DNA of 61,017 bases, taken from Actinomycetes bacterium. Its GTDB lineage: Bacteria; Actinomycetota; Thermoleophilia; BMS3ABIN01. The stretch spans positions 1-61,017 of the forward strand of contig JAJRYJ010000030.1 in assembly GCA_024275795.1 (NCBI GenBank), in the 5' to 3' direction. The notes beneath the pieces are model-generated. The model was given only the letters and a program-made list of their open reading frames with translations, ran no database searches and was not told the DNA's origin. Shown one piece after another: positions 1-9,304 of the stretch. Made by a program: the position numbers and the translations under genes. Positions within the stretch are counted from its first letter, which is position 1; the number at the start of each line of letters is the position of its first letter.

Positions 1-183
1 CTACCAAACCCTCCCCCGGACAATTCCTGACTGAAATCAACCCATTCGTCTTTCCATAAGCCGTGGTCTGAATATTCTTATACGGGCGCCCTCAGGTCAA
101 ATGAAGAAATGTTAACCGAGTCTGGCTTGAGGATTGAACGGTCACCGTCTTCGAGGCTGCGCGAAAAATACGCTACCTGAGCT

Positions 184-2157
184 TCACCTGAGCTTCATGC
201 CGCCGATCTCGTTGAAGCTGTCCCTGTAGATGACACGCTGGGTGGCGAGCAGGTTCTGGCCATTGACAGAGACGACGCGCACGGGACCGCCCATGGTCGC
301 GGGGAAGCTTAATGGAACATTGCCGCCCACCGGAATCGTCAGCTGTTCCCGCAGGGCCGAGTCGATATATATCTCGACAATGGCATCATCCGTGCCGCGG
401 TTCGCTACCAGCACCCAGTTTCCGTACATGCCGTTGGCCGGCAGGGAGTCATACCAGGTGAACCAGAGGTCGGTGCCGAAGTCGGAATTTACCATGCCCT
501 GGACTTCCTCGAAGCTGCTCTTGTAAAGGATGCGCTGGCTTACTATCAACCGCTTGCCGTTGGTACAGGTCACCCTTACCGGTCCGTCCATGAAATTCTC
601 GAACTGCGGCGTTACACGGCCACCCTCCGGAATCGTATAGCTGCCCATCAGCTCCTCGCCGATGTAGACATCGACGAGGGCGTCACCGAAATCCTGGTTG
701 CCGATGAGGATCCAGTTGCCCCGCATGTTGTTCTCGGGTTTAGAGTCGTACCATGTGAAATGGTATTCGGTCGAGAGCTTCGACTCGGGGACGCCCAGCA
801 CCTCGTTGAAAGAATCCAGGTAGAGCACGCGCTGGCTGACGATCAACGGTTGCCCGTTGGTGCTGGTGACCTTCACAGGTCCGTCCGTCGTGTTGGGGAA
901 CGAGGGCGTTATCTGGCCGCCCGGCGGCACCGTATATGCGCCCTTCAGACGACCGCCGATATAGATTTCCACATTGGCATCCGCGTCGCCCTGGTTGCTT
1001 ACAAGGATCCAGTCGCCTTTCATGCCGCCGGACGTGTCCGAATCGTACCACGTGAAATAATAGGTGCTTTCAAGTGAGTCCTGCGGGACCGCCGGTATCT
1101 CGTTAAAGGAGTTCTTGTAGATGACCCGCTGGCTCGATATCAGCGGCTCCGTGGTAGCGACCATTGCCGGTCCTCCCATCACCCCAGGGAAGCTCGGGGT
1201 CTCTGCGGGAGCGCCGACGTCGATGGACCTGTCCGCGTAGGTAGTGCCGCCTACCAGTACACAGGTGCGTGCCTGGGCGGCGCCGCTGGCCGGATTGGCC
1301 ATCAGCACCCAGTCACGCCAGTTGGCGTCTGACTGGTCATACCAGGTGAAGAAGTAATGCTGCGACGCTGTGAAGTTATCAACCGTTACATCGATGCTTA
1401 CATCCGATGTCAGGTCGGCCGTATCCCAGGCGATCGCCCGCAACTGGTGCGTTCCCTGGGAATACTGGGACGTGTCCCAGGTGAAATTGAAGGGCGCCGT
1501 CGTCTTGCTGGCTACCAATACGCCGTCGATATAAAGGTTCACGCGCGTCACCGCCACGTTATCCGAAGCATTGGCCGTGAAGATGACAGTGCCGCTTACC
1601 AACGAACTGCCTGTAGGTGAAGGGATGGACAGGGAAGGCGGCGTCACATCCTCGGAGACTCCGCCGAAATCGGTGGTCCAGTACCAGCCATACTGGGAAC
1701 CGGCAACATAGACGCGGCCGATACCGATGGCGCGGAAGTTCGCGCTCAGCATATTGGCGTTATGGCCGGGGGAGGCGCGCCAGGCATCGAATACCGCCTG
1801 GGCCGAGGTATAACCTGCGGCTATGTTCTCCCCCAGCCAGGTGTTGTAGTTGTAGCCTGCGGCCCTGATCCTGTCCCAGGGGGTGCGCCCGTCCAGGCTG
1901 TTATGGGAGAAATAATTGTTGACTCCCATGTCCTGGCTGTGTCCCTCTGACGCCACATAGAGACCGTTGGACATGGTGAGCCTGGGCAGGCCGTTCTGTT
2001 GGCGGTAGGAATTGATCAGCGACAGGAACTCCAATTCCTGGTCGTCGTAAGCCTGTGCCGAGGGGACGACTGCCAGCGCCAGGAATAGTGTGGCAAGGAA
2101 AACAACCAGCAGGTATGCGGTCGTTCTATGTGATTGGCGGCAAAGGATCGTTTTCAC
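184..2157 (-). CDS. Secreted multidomain protein: signal peptide, CAP/SCP (PR-1-like) domain, Ig-like domain, then four ~98-aa tandem repeats
   Basis: N-terminal hydrophobic signal ending AQA. CAP-like segment (YRQQNGLPRL...GHSQDM...YFSHNS...GENIAAGY...SPGHNANML). Ig-like segment (VIFTANASDNVAVTRVNLYIDG...). Four repeats each start with FTWYD. Confidence 0.8.
   Translation of the reverse strand: MKTILCRQSHRTTAYLLVVFLATLFLALAVVPSAQAYDDQELEFLSLINSYRQQNGLPRLTMSNGLYVASEGHSQDMGVNNYFSHNSLDGRTPWDRIRAAGYNYNTWLGENIAAGYTSAQAVFDAWRASPGHNANMLSANFRAIGIGRVYVAGSQYGWYWTTDFGGVSEDVTPPSLSIPSPTGSSLVSGTVIFTANASDNVAVTRVNLYIDGVLVASKTTAPFNFTWDTSQYSQGTHQLRAIAWDTADLTSDVSIDVTVDNFTASQHYFFTWYDQSDANWRDWVLMANPASGAAQARTCVLVGGTTYADRSIDVGAPAETPSFPGVMGGPAMVATTEPLISSQRVIYKNSFNEIPAVPQDSLESTYYFTWYDSDTSGGMKGDWILVSNQGDADANVEIYIGGRLKGAYTVPPGGQITPSFPNTTDGPVKVTSTNGQPLIVSQRVLYLDSFNEVLGVPESKLSTEYHFTWYDSKPENNMRGNWILIGNQDFGDALVDVYIGEELMGSYTIPEGGRVTPQFENFMDGPVRVTCTNGKRLIVSQRILYKSSFEEVQGMVNSDFGTDLWFTWYDSLPANGMYGNWVLVANRGTDDAIVEIYIDSALREQLTIPVGGNVPLSFPATMGGPVRVVSVNGQNLLATQRVIYRDSFNEIGGMKLR
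187..1359 (-). repeat. Four in-frame tandem coding repeats (~98-99 codons each) within the CAP-domain protein
   Basis: The FTWYD motif recurs at aa 270, 368, 467 and 566. Each unit carries NW(I/V)L(V/I)xN ... VEIYIGG ... GPV(K/R)V ... SQRV(I/L)Y..SFNE. Confidence 0.8.
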
Positions 2158-2368
2158 AACAGTACCGTCCCATACTCTATAATTTTTTTACGCATGCTGA
2201 AAGAAACAACCTCTGGCCTCCCACATAAATAACATCGGAAGGCCTGTTGACGGCTTGAGCCGGGTACCCGTCGGCAAGCCTGTTTGTGTCAGGCGATGTC
2301 CTGTATTGAAGAGCGGAAAAAGGGAAAAAAGGTTACGATGTGAGTCAGTATACGGACAAGGAGAGCGC

Positions 2369-3766
2369 ATGAGGCCATCGGCAGGCAGGCAGTTTATTCG
2401 CGGCCTGGGAAAGATAGTCGGCCGGGAGAATGTTGAGCATGAGCCGGAGGATATGAGCTGTTACCGCTTTGACGGCATCGCCCGGGGCGAGGCGCCGGAG
2501 GCTGTCGTCCACCCGGCTGATGCGGGCGAGGTAGCGCGGATCGTCCAGTTGGCGGCGCAGGCCGGTCGTCCGCTGATACCCCGGGGTGCGGGTACCGGCC
2601 TTTCGGGCGGCGCCACCACAGCCGCCGGAGGCCTGATCGTCAACTTTGACCGCATGGACCGCATCCGCAGTATCAGCAGGGAGGACATGGCGGCCGTGGT
2701 CGAGCCCGGGGTCATCAACCGGGACCTAAAGCAGGCGGCGGCAGGGGAGAACCTGTTCTATCCACCGGACCCCAGCTCCACACGTGTCTGCACCCTGGGC
2801 GGTAACGTGGCCGAGAACGCCGGCGGCCCTTACGGAACGAAGTACGGCGTCACCGGCGATTTCGTCCTCGGCCTCGAGGCGGTGACAGCCGACGGCGAGC
2901 TTCTGGTAACCGGCGGCAGAAACCGCCGGGACGTGGCTGGTTATGACCTTACCAGCCTGCTGGTGGGTTCGGAGGGGACGCTGGCGGTGGTCACGGCTAT
3001 CACGGTCAGGCTCCTGCCGCAGCCCGCGGCCCGGCAGGTAGCGCTCTATGTTTTTGACAGTGTAGAGGCGGCCGGAAAAACAGTGGCCGAGATGAATCTG
3101 CGAAGCTTGCAGGCGGCGGCTGTCGAAATCATGGATCATATCACCGTCCGCTGCGTCGAAAGCTATCTGCCGGGGAGTCTGCCCTCCGGTGCGCAGGCGG
3201 TGCTGCTCGTGGAACTGCATGGTGAGCGCGAGAGCCTGGAGCCCCAGGCGCGGCGGGTCGAGGAAGCCTGCGCGGTTGCAGGGGGACGCCTCGCCAGGCT
3301 GGCGGCCGACGAGGAGGAGGCGGAGCGCATCTGGGATGCCCGCAGGGCCATCTCCCCCTCGCTGGGCCGCATGGCGCCCACCAAGATCGGCGAAGACATC
3401 AGCGTGCCGCCGTCGCGGGTGGGCGAGATGATCGCGAGAATCCATGAGATAGCCGCAGGGAACGACCTGGAAATCGCCGTCTTCGGACATGCCGGGGACG
3501 GGAACCTGCATCCCAACATCCTTACTGACAGGCGGGATGGGTCAAGGATGGCCCGCGCTGAAACGGCGGTGGCGGGGATATTCGCAGCCGCCCTCGAGCT
3601 GGGCGGCACGCTCTCGGGGGAGCACGGCATCGGTTCGACCAAGTCTACTTATATGAGGGATGGCGTGCAGGATAAGGCCCTGGCGGTGATGCGCGATATC
3701 AAGCGGACGCTGGACCCGGATGGGATACTGAACCCGGGAAAGATCTTCCCGCCGGGGCCGGCCTAG
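2369..3766 (+). CDS. FAD-linked oxidase (GlcD / D-lactate dehydrogenase family)
   Basis: FAD-binding PCMH-type motifs (PRGAGTGLSGGA) and C-terminal GEHGIG...DP.GILNPGK. I prefer the ATG at 2369, which has an AAGGAG Shine-Dalgarno, over the upstream alternative start in the ORF track. Confidence 0.85.
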   Translation: MRPSAGRQFIRGLGKIVGRENVEHEPEDMSCYRFDGIARGEAPEAVVHPADAGEVARIVQLAAQAGRPLIPRGAGTGLSGGATTAAGGLIVNFDRMDRIRSISREDMAAVVEPGVINRDLKQAAAGENLFYPPDPSSTRVCTLGGNVAENAGGPYGTKYGVTGDFVLGLEAVTADGELLVTGGRNRRDVAGYDLTSLLVGSEGTLAVVTAITVRLLPQPAARQVALYVFDSVEAAGKTVAEMNLRSLQAAAVEIMDHITVRCVESYLPGSLPSGAQAVLLVELHGERESLEPQARRVEEACAVAGGRLARLAADEEEAERIWDARRAISPSLGRMAPTKIGEDISVPPSRVGEMIARIHEIAAGNDLEIAVFGHAGDGNLHPNILTDRRDGSRMARAETAVAGIFAAALELGGTLSGEHGIGSTKSTYMRDGVQDKALAVMRDIKRTLDPDGILNPGKIFPPGPA

Positions 3767-6024
3767 CTGGCGCGGGTTTCGTCCTGGCCCGGGGTGATGC
3801 GGTAGGCGTCGAAGACCGTATCGATGGTCTTGATGTTCTCCAGCATCGAATCCAGCAGCTTGGCGTCGCCGATCTCGACCACGAAGCGATCCTTCACAAG
3901 GTGGTCGTGGGCGGTGGTGCAATGGGCGGAGACGATGTTGATGCCTGATTCGCTGAGCACCCGCGAGATGTCCTCCAGCAGGTGGCTGCGGTCCATGGCT
4001 TCAACCTGGAACTCGGCACGGAACCCCTTCTCCGAGGAACCCTGCCAGGCGACGTTGATGAAGCGTTCGCCGGAGCGCTGCTCCAGTGCCTTGGCGTTGG
4101 GGCAGTCCTTGCGGTGGACACTGACGCCCTTCCCCAGCGAGATATAGCCGACGATCTTGTCCCCGGGCAGCGGCTTGCAACATTTGGCCAGGCGCACGCC
4201 CACGTCACTGACGCCGTCGACGCTGATTCCCAGGTCGCGTGGGGTGGAGATGGCCTCCCGTTCCCGCGCGGGCATCTCCTCCGCCTGCGGCGTTATCGTG
4301 GCGATGTCGGCCGCCTCGTCCAGCTGGCGGGTAATGCGGGTGACCACCTGCTGCGGCGAGGTCTTGCCCGTGCCCAGGCTGACGTAGAGGTCCTCCATCT
4401 TCAGGAAACCCATGGAGCGGGTAAGCTCGGCGAACGAGGGTGAGGCCACTATCTTCTGGCTGGGCAGGCCCTTACGCCGCAGCGCCTCCTGCAGCATCTC
4501 GCGGCCGATATGCTCCGAGTCCTGGCGGCGCTCCTTCTTGAACCATTGCCTGATCTTGTTGCGCGCCCGGGACGTCTTGACGAAATTGAGCCAGTCACGC
4601 GAGGGGCCGTGGCTCGACTTGGAGGTGAGGATCTCCACGAAATCGCCGCTGTGCAGCGTATGTTGCAGTGGCACGATGCGGTTGTTGACCTTGGCGCCGA
4701 CGCAGTGGTGCCCCACGTCCGTATGCACGGCGTAAGCGAAATCCACGGGGGTTGAGCCCGAGGCGAGGCTGTAGACCTCTCCCTTAGGGGTAAACACGAA
4801 GACCTCCTCCTCGTAGAGGTCGATACGCAGGGTCTTCATGAACTCCTTGGGGTCCTCGGTCTCGCTCTGCCACTCCATCATCTGCCGGAGCCAGGCCAGC
4901 TTGTCCGCCGCCTGGTCCTTTGATTTCCTGTTGGAATCCTTTTCCTTGTAGAGCCAATGGGCGGCGATGCCGTACTCCGCCGTCTGGTGCATCTTGTGGG
5001 TGCGTATCTGTATCTCCAGCGGTTTGCCCTGCGGCCCTATCACCGTGGTGTGCAGCGAGCGGTACATGTTGAACTTGGGCATGGCGATGTAGTCCTTGAA
5101 ACGGCCGGGCATCGGTTTCCAGAGCGAGTGGATGATGCCCACGGCGCCGTAGCAGTCCTTGACCGTGTCCACCAGCACGCGCATGGCCGTCAGGTCATAG
5201 ATCTCGTTGAACTCCTTGCCCTTGCGCACCATCTTGGTGTAGATGCTGTAGAAATGCTTGGCGCGTCCCTCGATGCTGGCGTCGATGCCCACCTTCTCCA
5301 GGTCCTTCTGCAGCTGGGCCGCCGCCTGGGCCACGTAGTCCTCCCGGTCGGCGCGGCGCTGGGCAACCATCTGCTGCAACTCGGAATACTTGCGTGGGTG
5401 CAGCGCCCCGAACGCCAGGTCTTCCAGCTCCCACTTGATGCTGTAGATTCCCAGGCGGTGCGCCAGCGGCGCGTATATCTCCAGGGTCTCCTTCGCCTTC
5501 TGTATCTGTTTCTGCCGGTCCAGGTAGCAGATGGTGCGCATGTTGTGGGTACGGTCCGCCAGCTTGATGAGGATGACGCGGATGTCGCGGGCCATGGCCA
5601 CGATCATCTTGCGCAGGTTCTCGGCCTGCTCCTCCTCCTCACTCTTGAGGGAGACCTTCTGCAGCTTGGTGAGGCCGTCGACTAGGTCCGCCACGTCATC
5701 GCCGAACAGCTTGCGGATATCGGCGACGGTGGTGGCTGTATCCTCGACCACGTCATGCAGCAGCGCCGCGGCGATGGTGACACTGTCCAGCTTCAGCTCG
5801 GCGCAGATGCGCGCGGCCCCCAGGGGGTGATAGATGAACTCCTCGCCGCTCTTGCGGCGGCCGCCCTCGTGCTGGCTGCGCGAATAAACATAGGCGCGCG
5901 AGACCAGGTCCCGGTCGAAATCCGGGTTGTACTCGGTGATCAGGTCGAAGAGCTCCTTGAGGGTCGCGTCCTGGGCCCTCAGGTTGTCTTCTGATTCCTC
6001 GACTTGTTTAAGTATTTCAGACAT
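3763..6024 (-). CDS. rel: Bifunctional (p)ppGpp synthetase/hydrolase (RelA/SpoT homolog)
   Basis: HD domain (HPLGAARI...LHDVVEDT), RelA_SpoT synthetase motifs (YRSLHT, EIQIRT), a TGS region and a C-terminal ACT-like region. 753 aa. Confidence 0.95.
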   Translation of the reverse strand: MSEILKQVEESEDNLRAQDATLKELFDLITEYNPDFDRDLVSRAYVYSRSQHEGGRRKSGEEFIYHPLGAARICAELKLDSVTIAAALLHDVVEDTATTVADIRKLFGDDVADLVDGLTKLQKVSLKSEEEEQAENLRKMIVAMARDIRVILIKLADRTHNMRTICYLDRQKQIQKAKETLEIYAPLAHRLGIYSIKWELEDLAFGALHPRKYSELQQMVAQRRADREDYVAQAAAQLQKDLEKVGIDASIEGRAKHFYSIYTKMVRKGKEFNEIYDLTAMRVLVDTVKDCYGAVGIIHSLWKPMPGRFKDYIAMPKFNMYRSLHTTVIGPQGKPLEIQIRTHKMHQTAEYGIAAHWLYKEKDSNRKSKDQAADKLAWLRQMMEWQSETEDPKEFMKTLRIDLYEEEVFVFTPKGEVYSLASGSTPVDFAYAVHTDVGHHCVGAKVNNRIVPLQHTLHSGDFVEILTSKSSHGPSRDWLNFVKTSRARNKIRQWFKKERRQDSEHIGREMLQEALRRKGLPSQKIVASPSFAELTRSMGFLKMEDLYVSLGTGKTSPQQVVTRITRQLDEAADIATITPQAEEMPAREREAISTPRDLGISVDGVSDVGVRLAKCCKPLPGDKIVGYISLGKGVSVHRKDCPNAKALEQRSGERFINVAWQGSSEKGFRAEFQVEAMDRSHLLEDISRVLSESGINIVSAHCTTAHDHLVKDRFVVEIGDAKLLDSMLENIKTIDTVFDAYRITPGQDETRAS

Positions 6025-8615
6025 CTCTGGTAGAAAGCCTCGTTCTCCGCGTATGTGGGAGACCTTTCAAGTTCAGTCTTCCCCCTGTCCGGCAATGTCA
6101 ATATCGGCCCGTCCCCCGTATCCTCCAGCAAAACCAGATCCAGTTCCCTGAGGACCGCCAGGCACCTGGCGACCAGCGATGGCTGGCGCAGGTACTTGCC
6201 ACCGGCAAGGAGCAGTCTCTCGGTGGATTCGTCGAGGGGGTGGGCTTCTCCTGTCTTGAGGTGGCGATAGATCCTTTTTAACGGTGCCTGCAGGCTGTAT
6301 TCGTGCTCAAGCACCTTCTCGGTAAATTGTAACTCATCCTCGCAGTAGATTAAATGAAGCCAGGCCTCGGGCGCCGCCGTGGCCATCTGATGCAGGAGCC
6401 CGCCGTTGAAGGGCGGATCCACGAAAACCAGGTGGTCGAACATGGCCGCGAAGCCATCGTTGCCGGAAATGGTGGCAAGGTCGGCCATCACCAGCAGGGA
6501 GCTTTCGCCGTCCCATCCGGCGGCCAGCGAGGCCCGGCGCTCGATCTCATTGCGGGAGCAGCGCGAACCGCAGAAGAAGGCCTGGCTGACCATGGAGGGT
6601 GTAACGGGAAGCTCGTGGGTCAGGAGGCGCTGCCTGCGGGCGACATCCGCCACTATCAGCAATATGCGCTCACCGCCGGCGGCGAGCCGGGCTATCTGTT
6701 GGGGGATGGCGCCGAAGCCCCGGCGGTCGATGATGCGGTCTGTTGCCGGGCCGGCATCGCCGGAGGAAATCCAGGCCTGCGGCAGGCTCATGCCATCCCT
6801 GACCATGGACCAGAACTCCCCGCCGCTGACGCGAAGGCCGCAGTCAACCGTGCAGCGGATGGTGCAGAGGGCCTCGCAACTGATGGCGGTCTCACCCCTG
6901 GGGATGAGCTCCTTCAGGTTGAGTTGTGGTGACACGGAACCGTTGAACTCGTTCTTCTCCAGGCGGAAGACCACATCCCAGTCCCTTATGGCATCTATCT
7001 TCTCGTGCATGTGCGCCTGGCCGAAACCGATGGCGTTGGATGTGGAGCCGCCCGATTCCACCCGGCACTGCAGGTGGTTGCCGTCCCGCGTCTTGCGGCA
7101 GCCGTTCAGGTGGGCCCCGGCGGCCACCAGGTCCACCGACGGATTGCCGAGGCCGAAGGGTTCGAGCCGGGCCAGCTCCTCGGCCAGGTCGAGCGTCAGT
7201 TCGCGGCCGCAGACCAGCGCGTCCACCCTGCGGCTGGGCGTCAGGTCCGCGTCCCCCAGCTCCCGCTCAGCCAGGGCCGTGAAATCATCGCTGAACGCCT
7301 GCAGCTGTTCCAGGTCGATGGTGAGGCCGCAGGCGGCACGGTGGCCGCCGAAGGCCGACAGGCGTCCGCCAAGCTCCACCAGCGCCCCATGCAGGTCGAA
7401 GGCGGGGATGCTGCGGCCCGAGCCCTTGCCCTCGTTCTCCCCCTCGGAAATCATGATCACCGGCCTGTGGTGGATATCCACCATCCTCGAGGCGACGATG
7501 CCGATGACCCCCTCGTGCCAACCCGGGGAACTGAGCACGAAGCCATGATGTCCACGGCCCTTCTCCGGCAGACGGCCCACCATCTCCCGGGCCTCCGCCA
7601 GTATCCGGTTCTCGATGCGCTGGCGCTCGCGGTTGAGGGAGTCCAGGTCCGCGGCAAGAGACTGCGCCTCATCCTCGGACTGGCACATCAGCAGCGCCAG
7701 GGCCTGGTCCGGCTCGCCCAGCCGCCCGGCGGCGTTGATGCGGGGGGCCAGCCTGAACGCGACCAGCCCGGCGCTCAGGCGCGAGGATTCCAGCTTGCTG
7801 ACCTGCATCAGGGCCCTGAGGCCCGGACTCCGGGTACGCGACAGCTGGACGAGCCCCCGCTTGACCAGGGCCCGGTTCTCGTCTACGAGTGGCACCACAT
7901 CGGCGATGGTGCCCAGAGCCACCCGGTCCAGCTGGCGCTGTAATGCAGGATGGAGTCCCTCTGACGGGTCACCCGGGGCCCGGTCCGCCAGCAGGCCCTG
8001 CGCCAGCTTGAAGGCGAGGCCGACCCCCGCCAGTTCCTTGAAGGGATAATCACAGAGCAGGGGGGAGATGATCAAGCCGTCCGGCACCGAACCTTCCACG
8101 GGTCGATGATGGTCTACGATGATGGTGTCCATGCCCAGACCGGTAGCGGCCGACAGTTCGGCGCCGGCGCTGATGCCGCAGTCGACGGTAATCAGCAGGG
8201 TGACGCCGTCTGCTGCCAGGTGATTCACGGTTTCCGCCGCTACGCCGTAGCCCTCGCTGAAACGGTTGGGCAGGTGGTGCGTGACATTGCCGCCCGCCTC
8301 GCCGATGACATCTGCCAGCAGCGCCGTGGCGGTGATGCCGTCCACGTCATAATCGCCGTGAACGCATATTCGCTCTCCGGAGGAGACGGCCTTGCGGATG
8401 CGGTTGCAGGCAGGCTCCATCTCGGGGAAGAGAAAGGGGTCGTGAAGGTTGTCGGTGGTTGAGAGGAATTCCCGGGCGACGCCGGGCTCTGCGAGGCCGC
8501 GCCTGGCGAGTACGCTTGCAAGAATCTCGCTGATGCCCAGAGTGCTCGATAGCTTTCTGACGGTGTCATAAGGGAGGGGTGACGTATGCCAGCGTGACCG
8601 TTGCATCAGCAGCAT
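5979..8615 (-). CDS. recJ: Single-stranded-DNA exonuclease RecJ with a long C-terminal extension
   Basis: DHH motifs (VHGDYDVDGITA, DCG, VDHH) and a DHHA1 region (GGH.AA.G). The 3' end overlaps the rel start by 46 nt. Confidence 0.9.
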   Translation of the reverse strand: MLLMQRSRWHTSPLPYDTVRKLSSTLGISEILASVLARRGLAEPGVAREFLSTTDNLHDPFLFPEMEPACNRIRKAVSSGERICVHGDYDVDGITATALLADVIGEAGGNVTHHLPNRFSEGYGVAAETVNHLAADGVTLLITVDCGISAGAELSAATGLGMDTIIVDHHRPVEGSVPDGLIISPLLCDYPFKELAGVGLAFKLAQGLLADRAPGDPSEGLHPALQRQLDRVALGTIADVVPLVDENRALVKRGLVQLSRTRSPGLRALMQVSKLESSRLSAGLVAFRLAPRINAAGRLGEPDQALALLMCQSEDEAQSLAADLDSLNRERQRIENRILAEAREMVGRLPEKGRGHHGFVLSSPGWHEGVIGIVASRMVDIHHRPVIMISEGENEGKGSGRSIPAFDLHGALVELGGRLSAFGGHRAACGLTIDLEQLQAFSDDFTALAERELGDADLTPSRRVDALVCGRELTLDLAEELARLEPFGLGNPSVDLVAAGAHLNGCRKTRDGNHLQCRVESGGSTSNAIGFGQAHMHEKIDAIRDWDVVFRLEKNEFNGSVSPQLNLKELIPRGETAISCEALCTIRCTVDCGLRVSGGEFWSMVRDGMSLPQAWISSGDAGPATDRIIDRRGFGAIPQQIARLAAGGERILLIVADVARRQRLLTHELPVTPSMVSQAFFCGSRCSRNEIERRASLAAGWDGESSLLVMADLATISGNDGFAAMFDHLVFVDPPFNGGLLHQMATAAPEAWLHLIYCEDELQFTEKVLEHEYSLQAPLKRIYRHLKTGEAHPLDESTERLLLAGGKYLRQPSLVARCLAVLRELDLVLLEDTGDGPILTLPDRGKTELERSPTYAENEAFYQRCLKYLNKSRNQKTT

Positions 8616-8765
8616 CCTAACAACCGCCGCGGACGTAAATCAATCGGCGGCGGCCCCCCCGGTTTGCCGGTTCAGGCCGACTGAACACATTTATTAGGAA
8701 TGCAACCGTGTTTCTGGCATAATGTTCCGGGGTATCTATAAAGTGCCCCGAGGAGGAGGTGAAGC

Positions 8766-8990
8766 GTGTTGAGAGAAAAGGTCGAGAAAGCCCTGGAGAG
8801 GATCAGGCCCGCACTGCAGCAGGATGGCGGTGACCTTGAATTGATAGATGTGACCGATGACGGTATCGTGAAGGTGAAACTCACGGGCGCCTGTGGCAGT
8901 TGTCCCATGTCCCAGATGACCCTGAAGCACGGCATCGAGCAACGGCTTCGTGACGAGGTCCCGGAAGTGGAGATGGTCGAGGCGGTCTGA
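8766..8990 (+). CDS. NifU-like Fe-S cluster domain protein (NifU C-terminal domain)
   Basis: IRPALQQDGGDLELIDV...GACGSCPMS..TLK motif. 74 aa with a non-ATG start. Confidence 0.85.
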   Translation: MLREKVEKALERIRPALQQDGGDLELIDVTDDGIVKVKLTGACGSCPMSQMTLKHGIEQRLRDEVPEVEMVEAV

Positions 8991-9012
8991 TTCCGCCGGG
9001 CGTTTGCATATT

Positions 9013-9040
9013 AAAGCGGCCGCCCGGGCGGCCGCTTTTT
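9013..9040. terminator. GC-rich hairpin between convergent genes, probably a bidirectional intrinsic terminator
   Basis: aaagcggccgcccgggcggccgcttttt. A T-run follows on the + strand and TTT follows on the - strand. Confidence 0.75.
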
Positions 9041-9068
9041 CATGCATGAATAATCTCTGTGTTCTCTA

Positions 9069-9197
9069 CTAGCTCGTCGGCGGTGGCGGAATCTGGATAC
9101 TGCACTGGAACTGCGGGCACTCGAAAGTGATATCCCGAACGTTGTCCAGTTTCACCAGTGACGGTTTCTCGTAGGAAGACTTATCCGTTCTCTTCAA
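9069..9197 (-). CDS. Candidate unannotated small ORF (42 codons) with a RiPP-type leader-like motif
   Basis: Hand translation of the - strand: (TTG)KRTDKSSYEKPSLVKLDNVRDITFECPQFQCSIQIPPPPTS*. AAGGAGG lies 11 nt upstream and the hairpin at 9013-9040 lies downstream. It is below the ORF-track length cutoff. Confidence 0.35.
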   Translation of the reverse strand: MKRTDKSSYEKPSLVKLDNVRDITFECPQFQCSIQIPPPPTS

Positions 9198-9304
9198 TAT
9201 CCTTGCCGCCTCCTTTGCGTATCGTGAGGCCACTCAAGTTAATCCAAAGGTAGCTAATTCTACCATCTTTGAACGATTTTGAACAGCCCCCGCGGCGAAA
9301 GGCG

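Noticed and set aside
176-197. The 11-bp tandem duplication (cctgagcttca x2) at the 3' end of the CAP-domain gene as a functional repeat.
   Set aside because: It is a single duplication spanning the stop codon that leaves the encoded C-terminus unchanged. It is most simply a slippage scar.
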